Shown: piece after piece, positions 1 through 8,816 of the stretch
How positions within the stretch are numbered: position 1 is the first letter of the stretch
Layout of the letters: each line of letters opens with the position of its first letter
Assembly (NCBI GenBank): GCA_963715195.1
Contig: CAVQRT010000007.1
Coordinates: 1-64,000, forward strand
DNA: 64,000 bases
Direction: 5' to 3'
Origin: Thermodesulfovibrionales bacterium
GTDB lineage: Bacteria; Nitrospirota; Thermodesulfovibrionia; Thermodesulfovibrionales; SM23-35
The notes under the pieces: model-generated
Told to the model about the DNA's origin: nothing
Databases searched by the model: none
The model's input: only the letters and a program-made list of their open reading frames with translations
Translations under genes and position numbers: made by a program

Positions 1-111
1 CTTCATCAAAGGCTCATGTAGAACATTTTAGTCGGACTGCATATTTCCTTCGCAACTTATAAATTTCTTTGAACGACGGGATTGCTTATTTCCAATTGGA
101 TCATTAAATAA

Positions 112-142
112 AAAGGCAGAGCCATTGCTGACTCTGCCCCTT
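112..142. terminator. Intrinsic terminator-like hairpin downstream of the first DUF2914-like gene
   Basis: GGCAGAG...CTCTGCC stem preceded by an A-run, which is a U-tract on the minus strand. Confidence 0.55.
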
Positions 143-224
143 GATCGTCAAAATAGCACTGCTCAATCTTACTGAAGCATTTTTCAGGACTCAACCTTCA
201 TCCAGAATTTTCTAATTCTTCTTG

Positions 225-653
225 TTATTCAACCATGAATGTAATTGATTTTACCAGATTACCCGTTTTGTCTTTTATCTCCACTTTCCAATTTCCGGTT
301 TTCCCATATAAGTTCTTGTATGCGAACGTCCTCCACCTTGGACCTTGCATGATTGGAAGGGAAAAAGTACGCATTTCCTGCTCCTCATGATACCAGACAA
401 CGGTAGCCTCTGTATCCTCTGCAATATTTGTGGCTTCTATGAAACAGTATACCTTCTCTGTTGATGCGGGGAATGTCTCTGCAACGCCCACAGGCTCTCT
501 GTCTTGCACATCTTCAGCAACAACCATTGTTGATACACTAAATAACTGAGCCCCCTTTTCAGCTTGCTCCTGCCCTATAGCCGGAGAAGTAATCGCCACC
601 GATACAATTACCGCAAAAGCTAAGATAATCCCCCAAGTCATCCTGTTTTTCAT
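225..653 (-). CDS. Secreted DUF2914-like protein (copy 1)
   Basis: Signal peptide; DREP...KVYCF...WYH...RWRT...GNWKVEI pattern; GGAGG RBS; near-identical paralog at 3344-3772. Confidence 0.75.
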   Translation of the reverse strand: MKNRMTWGIILAFAVIVSVAITSPAIGQEQAEKGAQLFSVSTMVVAEDVQDREPVGVAETFPASTEKVYCFIEATNIAEDTEATVVWYHEEQEMRTFSLPIMQGPRWRTFAYKNLYGKTGNWKVEIKDKTGNLVKSITFMVE

Positions 654-838
654 TGTCTTCCTCCTGATTTTGTATTTGTTGAAATTGTCATTATTTCAAA
701 CATTAAACATCAATGTGTAGTTATCCCATCCACCATTGTCATTGAGTTTGTTAAGTCTTTTTCGATTTTATCGATTTTACCCACTGCAAATTATTCGATC
801 CCTGTCAGATCAGGAATTACAGGTGAAATCAAACCTAA

Positions 839-877
839 AGATAGGGCACTAAACAAAAGGCTTAGCGCCCTATCTTC
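839..877 (-). terminator. Terminator-like hairpin after the Lys/Ala-rich gene
   Basis: AGATAGGGC..CTAA / TTAG..GCCCTATCT inverted repeat just past the stop codon. Confidence 0.55.
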
Positions 878-890
878 ATAAATAGAAAGA

Positions 891-1295
891 CTACTTCGTC
901 TCCATAGGAGCAGGTGCTGCTTTCTCTTTCTTTTCCTTCTCAGCCATCTTTGTAGCGGCCTTCTTTACTGATTTGGCTGTATTTTTGCCATCAGCTTCGG
1001 TGTATTTTGCTTCAACCTTATCACCAGCCTTGACCTTTGCGAGGACCTTGTCATCAACAGCGATGACAACATCACCCTTTTTACCTTTTACGGTAATGGT
1101 CTTTGCTTTTATATCGGCAGCAACAACTTCACCGACAACCTGATGTACCTTTTCAGGAGTCTTTGTCTCCATTTTGGCGGGCTCAACCTTTTTCTCCATA
1201 GGAGCCGGAGTTGCACTCTTCTCTGCTGCAAAGGACAGCGCGGTAATGGAAAATACAAAAAGCACTGAAACGACAATTACTATTGCTTTCTTCAT
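891..1295 (-). CDS. Secreted Lys/Ala-rich protein with a small OB-fold-like beta domain
   Basis: Signal peptide ending SFA-AE; GEVVAAD...TITVKG...VKAGDKVEAKY; AAGGAGG RBS. Confidence 0.7.
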   Translation of the reverse strand: MKKAIVIVVSVLFVFSITALSFAAEKSATPAPMEKKVEPAKMETKTPEKVHQVVGEVVAADIKAKTITVKGKKGDVVIAVDDKVLAKVKAGDKVEAKYTEADGKNTAKSVKKAATKMAEKEKKEKAAPAPMETK

Positions 1296-1413
1296 TCAGA
1301 ATCACCTCCTTTCAATGCAATGCGTTCTTTACTTCTCAATAGGTTGTGCATGTCACAGACATACTGTGAATAATAACTACGGATTACATCTCAACAAACT
1401 GAACAGCAAAATC

Positions 1414-1464
1414 CTACTTTCCCTTTTTTCCTTTTGGTTTTTCCGGAGCTTTCTTCTTATCCAT
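1414..1464 (-). CDS. Putative 16-aa Lys-rich micropeptide MDKKKAPEKPKGKKGK (absent from the ORF track)
   Basis: GGGGAGG RBS 6 nt before the ATG at 1464; TAG at 1414-1416; lies just downstream of a sigma-54-type promoter. Confidence 0.45.
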   Translation of the reverse strand: MDKKKAPEKPKGKKGK

Positions 1465-1516
1465 GCATGACCTCCCCTTTAGTAAGATAGTCCCTTTCTA
1501 GGAACGATATCTTAAC

Positions 1517-1532
1517 TACAACAATCGTGCCA
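1517..1532 (-). promoter_or_regulatory. Putative sigma-54 (-24/-12) promoter
   Basis: Minus strand TGGCAC-GATTG-TTGTA versus consensus TGGCAC-N5-TTGCW (one mismatch at -12); divergent from a GAFTGA-containing activator gene. Confidence 0.6.
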
Positions 1533-1625
1533 AAAGGGTATAAGGCAAAATAATATTTATAATTCAATTGGTTGGGTACCATACTCTTTTTTCTATTGAG
1601 CAAGAGTAGTCCATTTCGGCATAAA

Positions 1626-1684
1626 CATGTCATAATGGCGTATCAGAATTGATTAATAGTTTATTTTTGTGCCATTATGACATG
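1626..1684. promoter_or_regulatory. Putative enhancer (UAS) for the sigma-54 activator
   Basis: Perfect 14-bp inverted repeat CATGTCATAATGGC (1626-1639) / GCCATTATGACATG (1671-1684), ~95-150 bp upstream of the -24 element. Confidence 0.55.
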
Positions 1685-1737
1685 CTTATGGTAAAGTACG
1701 ACCTGGTAATGAGTTCAGGGACGTCAAAATAGCGTAA

Positions 1738-3093
1738 ATGAGAGTAAAGACAAATTATATCCTCGTTATTCAGGGACCCCAACATAAAGACTGGGAGAGT
1801 CTGATCGCAGCACTGAAAAAACATAAGGATACTGTCCCCTATGTGACCACATCAATCAGTGAAGCAGTCACCATCATAAAGAATGAGCCAATCCATATCG
1901 TGATCTGTGATTATGACATTCCGAGGGACAGTCTCAAGTTCCTCAGAAAAGTGAAATACCTGAAACCTTACATAGAAGTAATATTCCTCTCAGAGAACGT
2001 CAATCTCTCGAAAGCGATTGAGGCCATGAAAGAGGGGGCTTACGATTTCTATCAGTTCCCTGTGGATAAGAGACTCCTGAAAACTGTTATCGATAAGGCG
2101 GTAGAGAAACAGACGCTTTTCTTGGAAAAATCTGCACTGGAACAGCAGGTGAAGGAACAGTTCGACTTCAGAAATATTATCGGAAGGAGCAAGGCGATCA
2201 AGCATGTTGTTGATATTGTCAGTTCTATAGCACAAAAGAATGTGAACATACTGATTACGGGAGAAACAGGGACGGGGAAGGAGCTCGTTGCGAGTGCGAT
2301 ACATTACAATAGCCTGCGGTCCTCAAAGGCATTTATAAAAGTGAACTGCGCTGCCTTAAGTGAGGGTGTGCTTGACTCTGAGCTCTTCGGACACGAAAGG
2401 GGTGCGTTTACCGGTGCGATTGCAACGCGGGTTGGGCGATTTGAACTTGCCGACGGCGGGTCTATCTTTCTTGATGAAATAGGGGATATTCCACCCAATA
2501 TCCAGATAAAACTACTCAGGGTTTTACAGGAAAAAGAATTTGAGAGAGTAGGAGGAAACGAAACCAAAAAAGTAGATGTGCGTGTTATTGCAGCAACCAA
2601 TAAGGATCTGAAGAAACTTATTGAAGAGGGGGTTTTCAGAAAAGATCTTTATTACCGTTTCAACGTGGTGAATATCGAAATGCCCTCTCTCAGGGATCGA
2701 TCCGAGGATATACCGCTTCTCGTGAGCTATTTTATTAATAAACTAAATAACGAAAAGGGATATCAAATCAGGGGTATCGGGAAAGATGCAATGCAGATAC
2801 TCTTGAACTATCACTGGCCTGGTAACGTCCGTGAACTGGAGAATGCCCTCGAATCTGCCATGGCATTAGCTGAGGGAGATATCATTGAGGCAAAGTACCT
2901 CCCCTCATTTCTCCTGATTAATCCGCTTGAGCATATCGATTTTTACCAGATACCAAAAGATCTTACCCTTGCCGATATAGAAAAAAGAGTTATTGAACAG
3001 ACACTAAAAAGAACAAATGAAAATAAAACACAAGCAGCAAAATTGCTTCATATTGGTTTGAGAACTTTGCAAAGAAAAATTAAGCAAATGTGA
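1738..3093 (+). CDS. Sigma-54-dependent transcriptional activator (NtrC family: receiver-AAA+-Fis HTH)
   Basis: GETGTGKE, ELFGHERGAFTGA, FLDEIG, DLYYRF, WPGNVREL and a C-terminal HTH. Confidence 0.95.
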   Translation: MRVKTNYILVIQGPQHKDWESLIAALKKHKDTVPYVTTSISEAVTIIKNEPIHIVICDYDIPRDSLKFLRKVKYLKPYIEVIFLSENVNLSKAIEAMKEGAYDFYQFPVDKRLLKTVIDKAVEKQTLFLEKSALEQQVKEQFDFRNIIGRSKAIKHVVDIVSSIAQKNVNILITGETGTGKELVASAIHYNSLRSSKAFIKVNCAALSEGVLDSELFGHERGAFTGAIATRVGRFELADGGSIFLDEIGDIPPNIQIKLLRVLQEKEFERVGGNETKKVDVRVIAATNKDLKKLIEEGVFRKDLYYRFNVVNIEMPSLRDRSEDIPLLVSYFINKLNNEKGYQIRGIGKDAMQILLNYHWPGNVRELENALESAMALAEGDIIEAKYLPSFLLINPLEHIDFYQIPKDLTLADIEKRVIEQTLKRTNENKTQAAKLLHIGLRTLQRKIKQM

Positions 3094-3343
3094 TGGTCAG
3101 TGTCGTAGTGTCTTCCTTTCAACTGGGGGCATTAAAAACCGGCCGTAGTCCTATCATTCTTGAAAAAAGGTCAATGCTTTTAATCTTCATCACGGTTCTG
3201 ACTTCCGGAAGCTTGAGAACTAAAGAGACCGTGATGAACAGGCGAATGAGATTAAAAATTGGAAATAATGTCAGTATCTTACTTCCGATACTTCCCGGAC
3301 TGAATGATGCTTATTCGTAATGCCCAATTCCATATATTTGTGG

Positions 3344-3772
3344 TTATTCAACCTTGAATGTAATCGATTTCAGGGATTTACCTGTCTTATCTTTTATCTC
3401 AACCTTCCAATTCCCTGTCTTCCCATATAAACTCTTGTAGGCGAATGTTCTCCACCTTGAGCCCTGCATAATTGGGAGAGTAAGAGTACGCATTTCTTGT
3501 CCCTCATGATACCAGACAAAGGTAGCCTCCGTATTCTCTGCAATATTCGTAGCCTCTATGAAACAGTATACCTTCTCTGTTGATGCGGGGAATGTCTCTG
3601 CAACGCCCACAGGTTCTCTGTCTTGCACATTTTCAGCAACAACCATTGTTGATACACTAAATAACTGAGCTCCCTTTTCGGCTTCCTCCTGCCCTATAGC
3701 GGGAGAAGTTATCCCAAGCGATGCAATGACAGCAAAAGATAAGATAATCCCCAAAATCATCCTGTTTTTCAT
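3344..3772 (-). CDS. Secreted DUF2914-like protein (copy 2)
   Basis: Same length and highly similar to 225-653, including the RBS region. Confidence 0.75.
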   Translation of the reverse strand: MKNRMILGIILSFAVIASLGITSPAIGQEEAEKGAQLFSVSTMVVAENVQDREPVGVAETFPASTEKVYCFIEATNIAENTEATFVWYHEGQEMRTLTLPIMQGSRWRTFAYKSLYGKTGNWKVEIKDKTGKSLKSITFKVE

Positions 3773-3976
3773 TGTCTTCCTCCTGATTTTGTAATTATTC
3801 GCAACAAATCTCCTTTAAAGTATACATAATTCCAACATTTATGATATATATGATATAATAGAACCATAAAAATCGAGTTCTCGAAGCCGTCCGAATCATA
3901 TTCAATCTCGTACCTTCAGATTTTCACTCGCTGTTAACAAAGTTCTCTTATAAACCCATCAAAAAAGGAGGAAAGT

Positions 3977-4525
3977 ATGAACATTATTGAACCGTTGAAG
4001 AACACAATAATCGGAACGTTGAGAGGCACAAAAGAGATTGGAGTTGAACTGGAAAATACCGTAAAAGATGTTATTATTGGTGCCCTTCGCGGGGTTAAGG
4101 ATGTTGTGGGCGAAGTGACCTCCATCGCAAAAGATGCCATTATAGGAACATTAAGAGGTACAAAGGAAATAGGGGTAGCAACATCTGATGCAGTATCTGG
4201 TACAGTCCGAGGTGTGGTGAAGGCTGCCTCAGAGACCACCAGCGATGTAGTCGGTGCGGCAAAGAATGCGGTAATGGGTACCGTTGCAGGGGCAAATGAA
4301 ATCGGAACTGGCGTCGTCGAGGTAGCCTATAATGCAGTAAGGGGTGCAGTCCAGGGAGTCAAGGAAGTTGGCGGCGATGTAACTGCTGCAACAAAAGCAA
4401 CTGCGGAAGGGGCAATTGAAGCAGCTGAAAAAATTGGAAGCGGTGCAGGAAATGCAGTAAAAAATGCCCTTAAGGGAGTCATTGACGGTTCCGTAGATAT
4501 ATTGAAAACACCATTCAAAAAATAA
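3977..4525 (+). CDS. Hypothetical protein built from ~8 tandem 22-aa amphipathic repeats
   Basis: AAGGAGG RBS; repeats such as KNTIIGTLRGTKEIGV and KDAIIGTLRGTKEIGV. Confidence 0.75.
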   Translation: MNIIEPLKNTIIGTLRGTKEIGVELENTVKDVIIGALRGVKDVVGEVTSIAKDAIIGTLRGTKEIGVATSDAVSGTVRGVVKAASETTSDVVGAAKNAVMGTVAGANEIGTGVVEVAYNAVRGAVQGVKEVGGDVTAATKATAEGAIEAAEKIGSGAGNAVKNALKGVIDGSVDILKTPFKK

Positions 4526-4546
4526 CCGTAAGAACTGCGTTATTAT

Positions 4547-4590
4547 AGGAGCCTGAAGTAATATTTGAATATTATTGCAGGCTCTTTTAC
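4547..4590 (+). terminator. Terminator-like hairpin
   Basis: GAGCCTG.AGTAATATT/AATATTATT.CAGGCTC followed by TTTT. Confidence 0.55.
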
Positions 4591-4622
4591 TATAGGCCGT
4601 AGAAATAGATAAGGAGATATTG

Positions 4623-5096
4623 ATGCGCAAACGAATTATAACCCAAGGTTCTCATGATATCCCTCCTGCTGATCAACAATGGTTAGATTTAAAGCACCTT
4701 GCACAGGTCGAAATCACCTCTGAAGATCCAGCCTACCCAATCGAATCAGCACTGACCTTTAGAACCAACTCGGGCTGGAAAGCATCTCAACCCGGGAAGC
4801 AAACAATCCGCATTCTTTTTGATGAACCACAGAATATACGACGCATCCGTCTACAGTTTGATGAAGAAACACAAAAACGCACGCATGAGTTTGTGCTTCG
4901 CTGGTCAGCAAACGAAGGAAAGTCTTACCAAGAGATTATGCGCCAGCAGTATACATTCAGCCCACCTGAGACTCTCCGTGAAATTGAAGATTATGCTGTT
5001 AACCTCCATGGGATGAACGTGCTTGAGTTGGAGATTGTCCCTGATATCGATAAGGGGAACGTTCTTGCCTCACTTACCAAGCTCCAAGTGGCGTAG
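4623..5096 (+). CDS. Hypothetical protein, galactose-binding/discoidin-like beta-sandwich (carbohydrate-binding protein family)
   Basis: AAGGAG RBS; EITSEDPAYPIESAL, GWKAS.PGKQTIRILFDEPQ.I. Confidence 0.6.
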   Translation: MRKRIITQGSHDIPPADQQWLDLKHLAQVEITSEDPAYPIESALTFRTNSGWKASQPGKQTIRILFDEPQNIRRIRLQFDEETQKRTHEFVLRWSANEGKSYQEIMRQQYTFSPPETLREIEDYAVNLHGMNVLELEIVPDIDKGNVLASLTKLQVA

Positions 5097-5281
5097 CCTG
5101 CAGCAGCTTGGCATTTCATGAGCTGTAAGAATGATATTGAAGATAAAGTGAGCCAGTTCTTAGGCTATTTCAGACCTGTATATTCCTATTTCTTTGCCTG
5201 CGGAAGATGGTCTTTTATTAAGACATTCATAATCTTTACCGTTCGGAGAATCCGAATTCTGAATTAAGAGGAGGATAAAAG

Positions 5282-6592
5282 ATGGCGGAACATGGTCCTT
5301 TGCTGCCACTGGCACAGAAATATTTCGAACAAGACATTGTCGGAGCCACTCACAGCCTTGAAATGATGGATGAAAATGATGCGATAGAAGTGCTCAAGGT
5401 TTTACCCGTTCCCCTTATCGTACGTGCTATAAAACATTTACAGGTAAGTTATGCGGCTAGTTTGCTCACAAATGTTGACCCTAAGCTTTTTAAATCAATA
5501 GTATCCTCACTTGAACCGCAGTTTGCCACAACAATCTTTATGCACTTTCCGGAAGACACCCGCGAACGTTTGATCCAACATATCCCTGAAAAGTTAAAAG
5601 TACAGTTCCGAGAGGTGCTCACATACCCTGAAAATAGCATCGGTCGACTCATGTCTACCGACTTTCTCTCTTTTAATAAGGACTCTCAAGTCGGTAAGGT
5701 GATTGAGAAAATACGTGCGTTGACAAAAAAAAGATACCCTTCATCCTACGCTTATGTCATCGATGATGAAGAACATCTTGTGGGCGTAATAAACATGCGG
5801 GACTTAATGCTCGCTTCACCAAAAGATTCTCTTGAGTCCGTTATGCGTAAAGATGTTTTCTCTCTTCATTGTTTTGTTGACAGAGAGGAAGCTGCAAATG
5901 AGCTTTCCAAGAGACGCTACTTTGCTGTCCCTGTGCTGGATAGCCAGAACCATATTTTAGGGATTATTAAAGCAGAGCAATTACTTCAGGGAATACAAGA
6001 AGAAGTCACTGAGGATCTGCAGAGAATGTTTGGTGCAGGGGGCGACGAAAGAACATTCTCCCCGATAGGCTTCTCCCTGAAACAACGCCTTCCGTGGCTT
6101 CATGTAAATCTAGCTACTGCCTTCCTTGCCGCGGCAGTAGTGGCAATGTTTGAGGGTGTTATTGCAAAGATTACCATACTCGCAGTATTTCTGCCGGTAG
6201 TTGCCGGTCAGGGTGGGAATGCAGGAGCACAATCACTCGCTGTTGTAATGCGTGGCTTAGTCATGAGAGAAATACCGAAAGACAAAGTGCGCCGACTTAT
6301 TGTAAAAGAAGGGGGTATTGGGGTAATTAATGGAATAGTTATTGGTGTTGTCACGGCAATTGTCGCATGGGCATGGCATGGAAATCCCTATCTCAGTCTT
6401 GTAATTGGGTTGGGAATGTTAGTCAACCTGATTGTTGCAGGAATATGCGGCTCCTCGATTCCCATTCTGATGAAAGCCGTAGGATTGGACCCGGCTCAGT
6501 GCTCAAGCATTATTTTGACTACCCTCACAGATGTAATGGGATTCTTTGCCTTCTTAGGATTTGCGGTATTATTTCAGCACTATCTTATTTGA
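5282..6592 (+). CDS. mgtE: Magnesium transporter MgtE
   Basis: MgtE N-domain, CBS pair, RLPWL, GGNAGAQS, LDPA...TTLTD transmembrane motifs. Confidence 0.92.
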   Translation: MAEHGPLLPLAQKYFEQDIVGATHSLEMMDENDAIEVLKVLPVPLIVRAIKHLQVSYAASLLTNVDPKLFKSIVSSLEPQFATTIFMHFPEDTRERLIQHIPEKLKVQFREVLTYPENSIGRLMSTDFLSFNKDSQVGKVIEKIRALTKKRYPSSYAYVIDDEEHLVGVINMRDLMLASPKDSLESVMRKDVFSLHCFVDREEAANELSKRRYFAVPVLDSQNHILGIIKAEQLLQGIQEEVTEDLQRMFGAGGDERTFSPIGFSLKQRLPWLHVNLATAFLAAAVVAMFEGVIAKITILAVFLPVVAGQGGNAGAQSLAVVMRGLVMREIPKDKVRRLIVKEGGIGVINGIVIGVVTAIVAWAWHGNPYLSLVIGLGMLVNLIVAGICGSSIPILMKAVGLDPAQCSSIILTTLTDVMGFFAFLGFAVLFQHYLI

Positions 6593-6717
6593 ATCCTGTT
6601 TATTATCAAAACTTCAATGAGTAATTGGCTATGGGCAACTCATAAGGGATATCTCTCTTGCAGGAAAGATGGTTGCCTCCGTGCCACTAATATGGGATAT
6701 TAACTGTAATCAAAATA

Positions 6718-6747
6718 AAAAGGGCGAGATGTTAAACTCGCCCTTGA
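6718..6747. terminator. Terminator between convergent mgtE and the OmpA-family gene
   Basis: AAGGGCGAG-atgttaaa-CTCGCCCTT with a preceding A-run. Confidence 0.65.
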
Positions 6748-6767
6748 CCTGTTTATTGATAAACGCT

Positions 6768-7970
6768 TTATCGCTTCATCTTCTCAGCACTTACTCCTTC
6801 ATCTAAAATAATAATTTCCACACGGCGATTTTGCTGTCTACCAGCAGGTGTTTTGTTGCTTGCTATGGGGAACTGTTCACCGTAACCCTTTGTAGTAATC
6901 CTTTCGGCACCAATACTCCTTGTGTTTAAGAAATCCCGAACAGCATCTGCACGCTGTTGTGAAAGACCCAAATTGTAAGTTTCAGTGCCGACGCTGTCAG
7001 TAAAGCCTTCAATTAAAACATTACGCTTTGGGTACTTCTTCAAAAAATCAGCAAGGATATCCATGGAACGCACAGCGCCTGACATTAAATGAGCTTTTCC
7101 GGTTTCAAATAGTATGTCTCCTAAGGTGAGGACGATACCTTTTTCAGTTTGTTTGGCTTTTAATTCCGAAAGTTCACTTTCTATTTGTTTTCTCTGTGCT
7201 ATGGCTTCCTGTTCTTTTGTACGAGCCAGTTCTGTTTCAAGCCTTTTGGCTTCAGCTTCCTTTTTAGCTTTCTCAAGTTCCAATGTCCTCGCCTCGGCTT
7301 CCTTCTTCAAGCTTTCCGCTTCTAATGCTTTTGCCTCAGCCTCCTTCTTCAATTTTTCAGCTTCTAGTGCTTTTGCCTCGGCTTGTCCTCTTGCCTGCTG
7401 AATCTCAAGCGCTCTTGCTTCAGCTTCCTTCCTGGCCTTATCCGCTTGCTGGGCTAATGCTTGGGCTTCTCCTTTCGCTCTCTCGATCTCACGTATTTTT
7501 TCCTCGGTTTCCTTCTTTGCACGCTCGGCTTCAAGTGTCTTTGCCTCAGCTAAGCTTAGTGCCCTCTTTGTTTCAAGTTCACGAGCCTGCAATACTAACT
7601 TGTCCTTTGTTTTGATCAGCTCTTCTCTTTCCTGTTCGGCAATCTTTTTGTCTGCTTCTGCAATTGCAAGCTGGGAGATTCTCTCTGCCCTAAAGGAAAG
7701 GTAATTCATTTCCTCAACGTTTTTTGCCTGCTCGGCCATTTTCAATGCTTGTTCAGCCTCATACATAGTAACGGGAGCGTTTTCCTTTACCTCAGGATTT
7801 GCTGCAGCTTGTTCATAAGCTGCACGGGCACGGTCTAAAGCTGGATTTTCAGGTATCGTTGCACACCCTATCGCTAATAATATGACTGAAAGAAGAATTG
7901 ATATGCCGAGACTCTTTCTATGATAATTCTTTGACAGCTTTCTCATGGCATTTTCCCCCTCTCTTTTCAT
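6768..7970 (-). CDS. OmpA-family peptidoglycan-binding lipoprotein with a DUF4398-like N-terminus and a coiled-coil repeat spacer (start may be 7946)
   Basis: Lipobox-like AIGC; C-terminal LFETGK, IEGFTDSVG, LSQQRADAV, QQNRRVEI. Confidence 0.88.
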   Translation of the reverse strand: MKREGENAMRKLSKNYHRKSLGISILLSVILLAIGCATIPENPALDRARAAYEQAAANPEVKENAPVTMYEAEQALKMAEQAKNVEEMNYLSFRAERISQLAIAEADKKIAEQEREELIKTKDKLVLQARELETKRALSLAEAKTLEAERAKKETEEKIREIERAKGEAQALAQQADKARKEAEARALEIQQARGQAEAKALEAEKLKKEAEAKALEAESLKKEAEARTLELEKAKKEAEAKRLETELARTKEQEAIAQRKQIESELSELKAKQTEKGIVLTLGDILFETGKAHLMSGAVRSMDILADFLKKYPKRNVLIEGFTDSVGTETYNLGLSQQRADAVRDFLNTRSIGAERITTKGYGEQFPIASNKTPAGRQQNRRVEIIILDEGVSAEKMKR

Positions 7971-8359
7971 TGACCACGTTGTTGCGACCGCTCAATCTCT
8001 TGACGCAATGTCTCAATAGTATTGCGCAACTCTTGAGTGGTTTTCTTGGCTTCTTCCGACCGTGATTTGGCTTCAGCGAGCTTTGCATCTAACAGCGCCT
8101 CGTTTGCCAGTTGCAGAGCTTCCTCATACTCTTCTGCTTGCAGCGCTGTTCTGGCCTGACTGAGTTTGTCTGTTGCAAATTTCAGTTCGAGAGGCGCATA
8201 CACAGCAGCGTCACTCTCTTCTGCCTCCTTAATAGCCATTTGTGCATTCGAAATGTCTTCGATTGGTGCAACCTTTGCGGCACAACCAACCATAAGTAAA
8301 ATGGTCACTGCAACCAACATACTAAATACTACACGGACTCTTGCCTCCTGTGCTATCAT
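7967..8359 (-). CDS. DUF4398-like helical lipoprotein
   Basis: Lipobox-like MVGC; YAPLEL..A..KL..A; DAKLAEAK; stop codon overlaps the ATG of the OmpA gene. Confidence 0.75.
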   Translation of the reverse strand: MIAQEARVRVVFSMLVAVTILLMVGCAAKVAPIEDISNAQMAIKEAEESDAAVYAPLELKFATDKLSQARTALQAEEYEEALQLANEALLDAKLAEAKSRSEEAKKTTQELRNTIETLRQEIERSQQRGQ

Positions 8360-8652
8360 TTCGTCCCTCCTTTCTTTGATAGTACGATTTTAGTTCCTAA
8401 CAAAAACTTCTCTTAACAATTTTATTTTTGCGCTTATCAACCCCCCTTGTTTTGAGCTCATAATGAATGAGCTCATCAAAAAGTATTGTAAATTTGTCTC
8501 CAACAATATGGGAGCTTCCCCCTAAGACTTCCTTAGCAATCCTATAGATTTCTGGTTATACTCAGCTCAATTATATCAGGTCTTAAAGGTAAGTGATACA
8601 GAAAGAATTTGGGAGGGATTTAATCATCTGCTCCATCTCAGGGAGGGCACAT

Positions 8653-8811
8653 AAAAAAGTGGTGCTTCCCTCCCCCCAGAACTCAGTTGATTGTACATCC
8701 TGAGACATACAGCTTTAGACTTTTACGTCTACGACCTACGTCTACGACCTTACAACGTATCTGAGTTTGAGGGGAGGAAGATCACCACTTGTGGGTATCT
8801 AACTCTTCTTG
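8653..8811 (-). ncRNA. Candidate small non-coding RNA of unknown family
   Basis: Near-consensus sigma-70 promoter upstream; long terminal stem 8659-8686/8761-8788; U6 tract right after the stem; no ORF on this strand. Confidence 0.45.
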
Positions 8812-8816
8812 ATTTA

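Noticed and set aside
5097..5281. Possible M-box (Mg2+) riboswitch upstream of mgtE
   Set aside because: No recognisable M-box conserved segments or terminator
8724..8752. Tandem 13-mer as a mini CRISPR array
   Set aside because: Only two adjacent copies, no spacers, no cas genes
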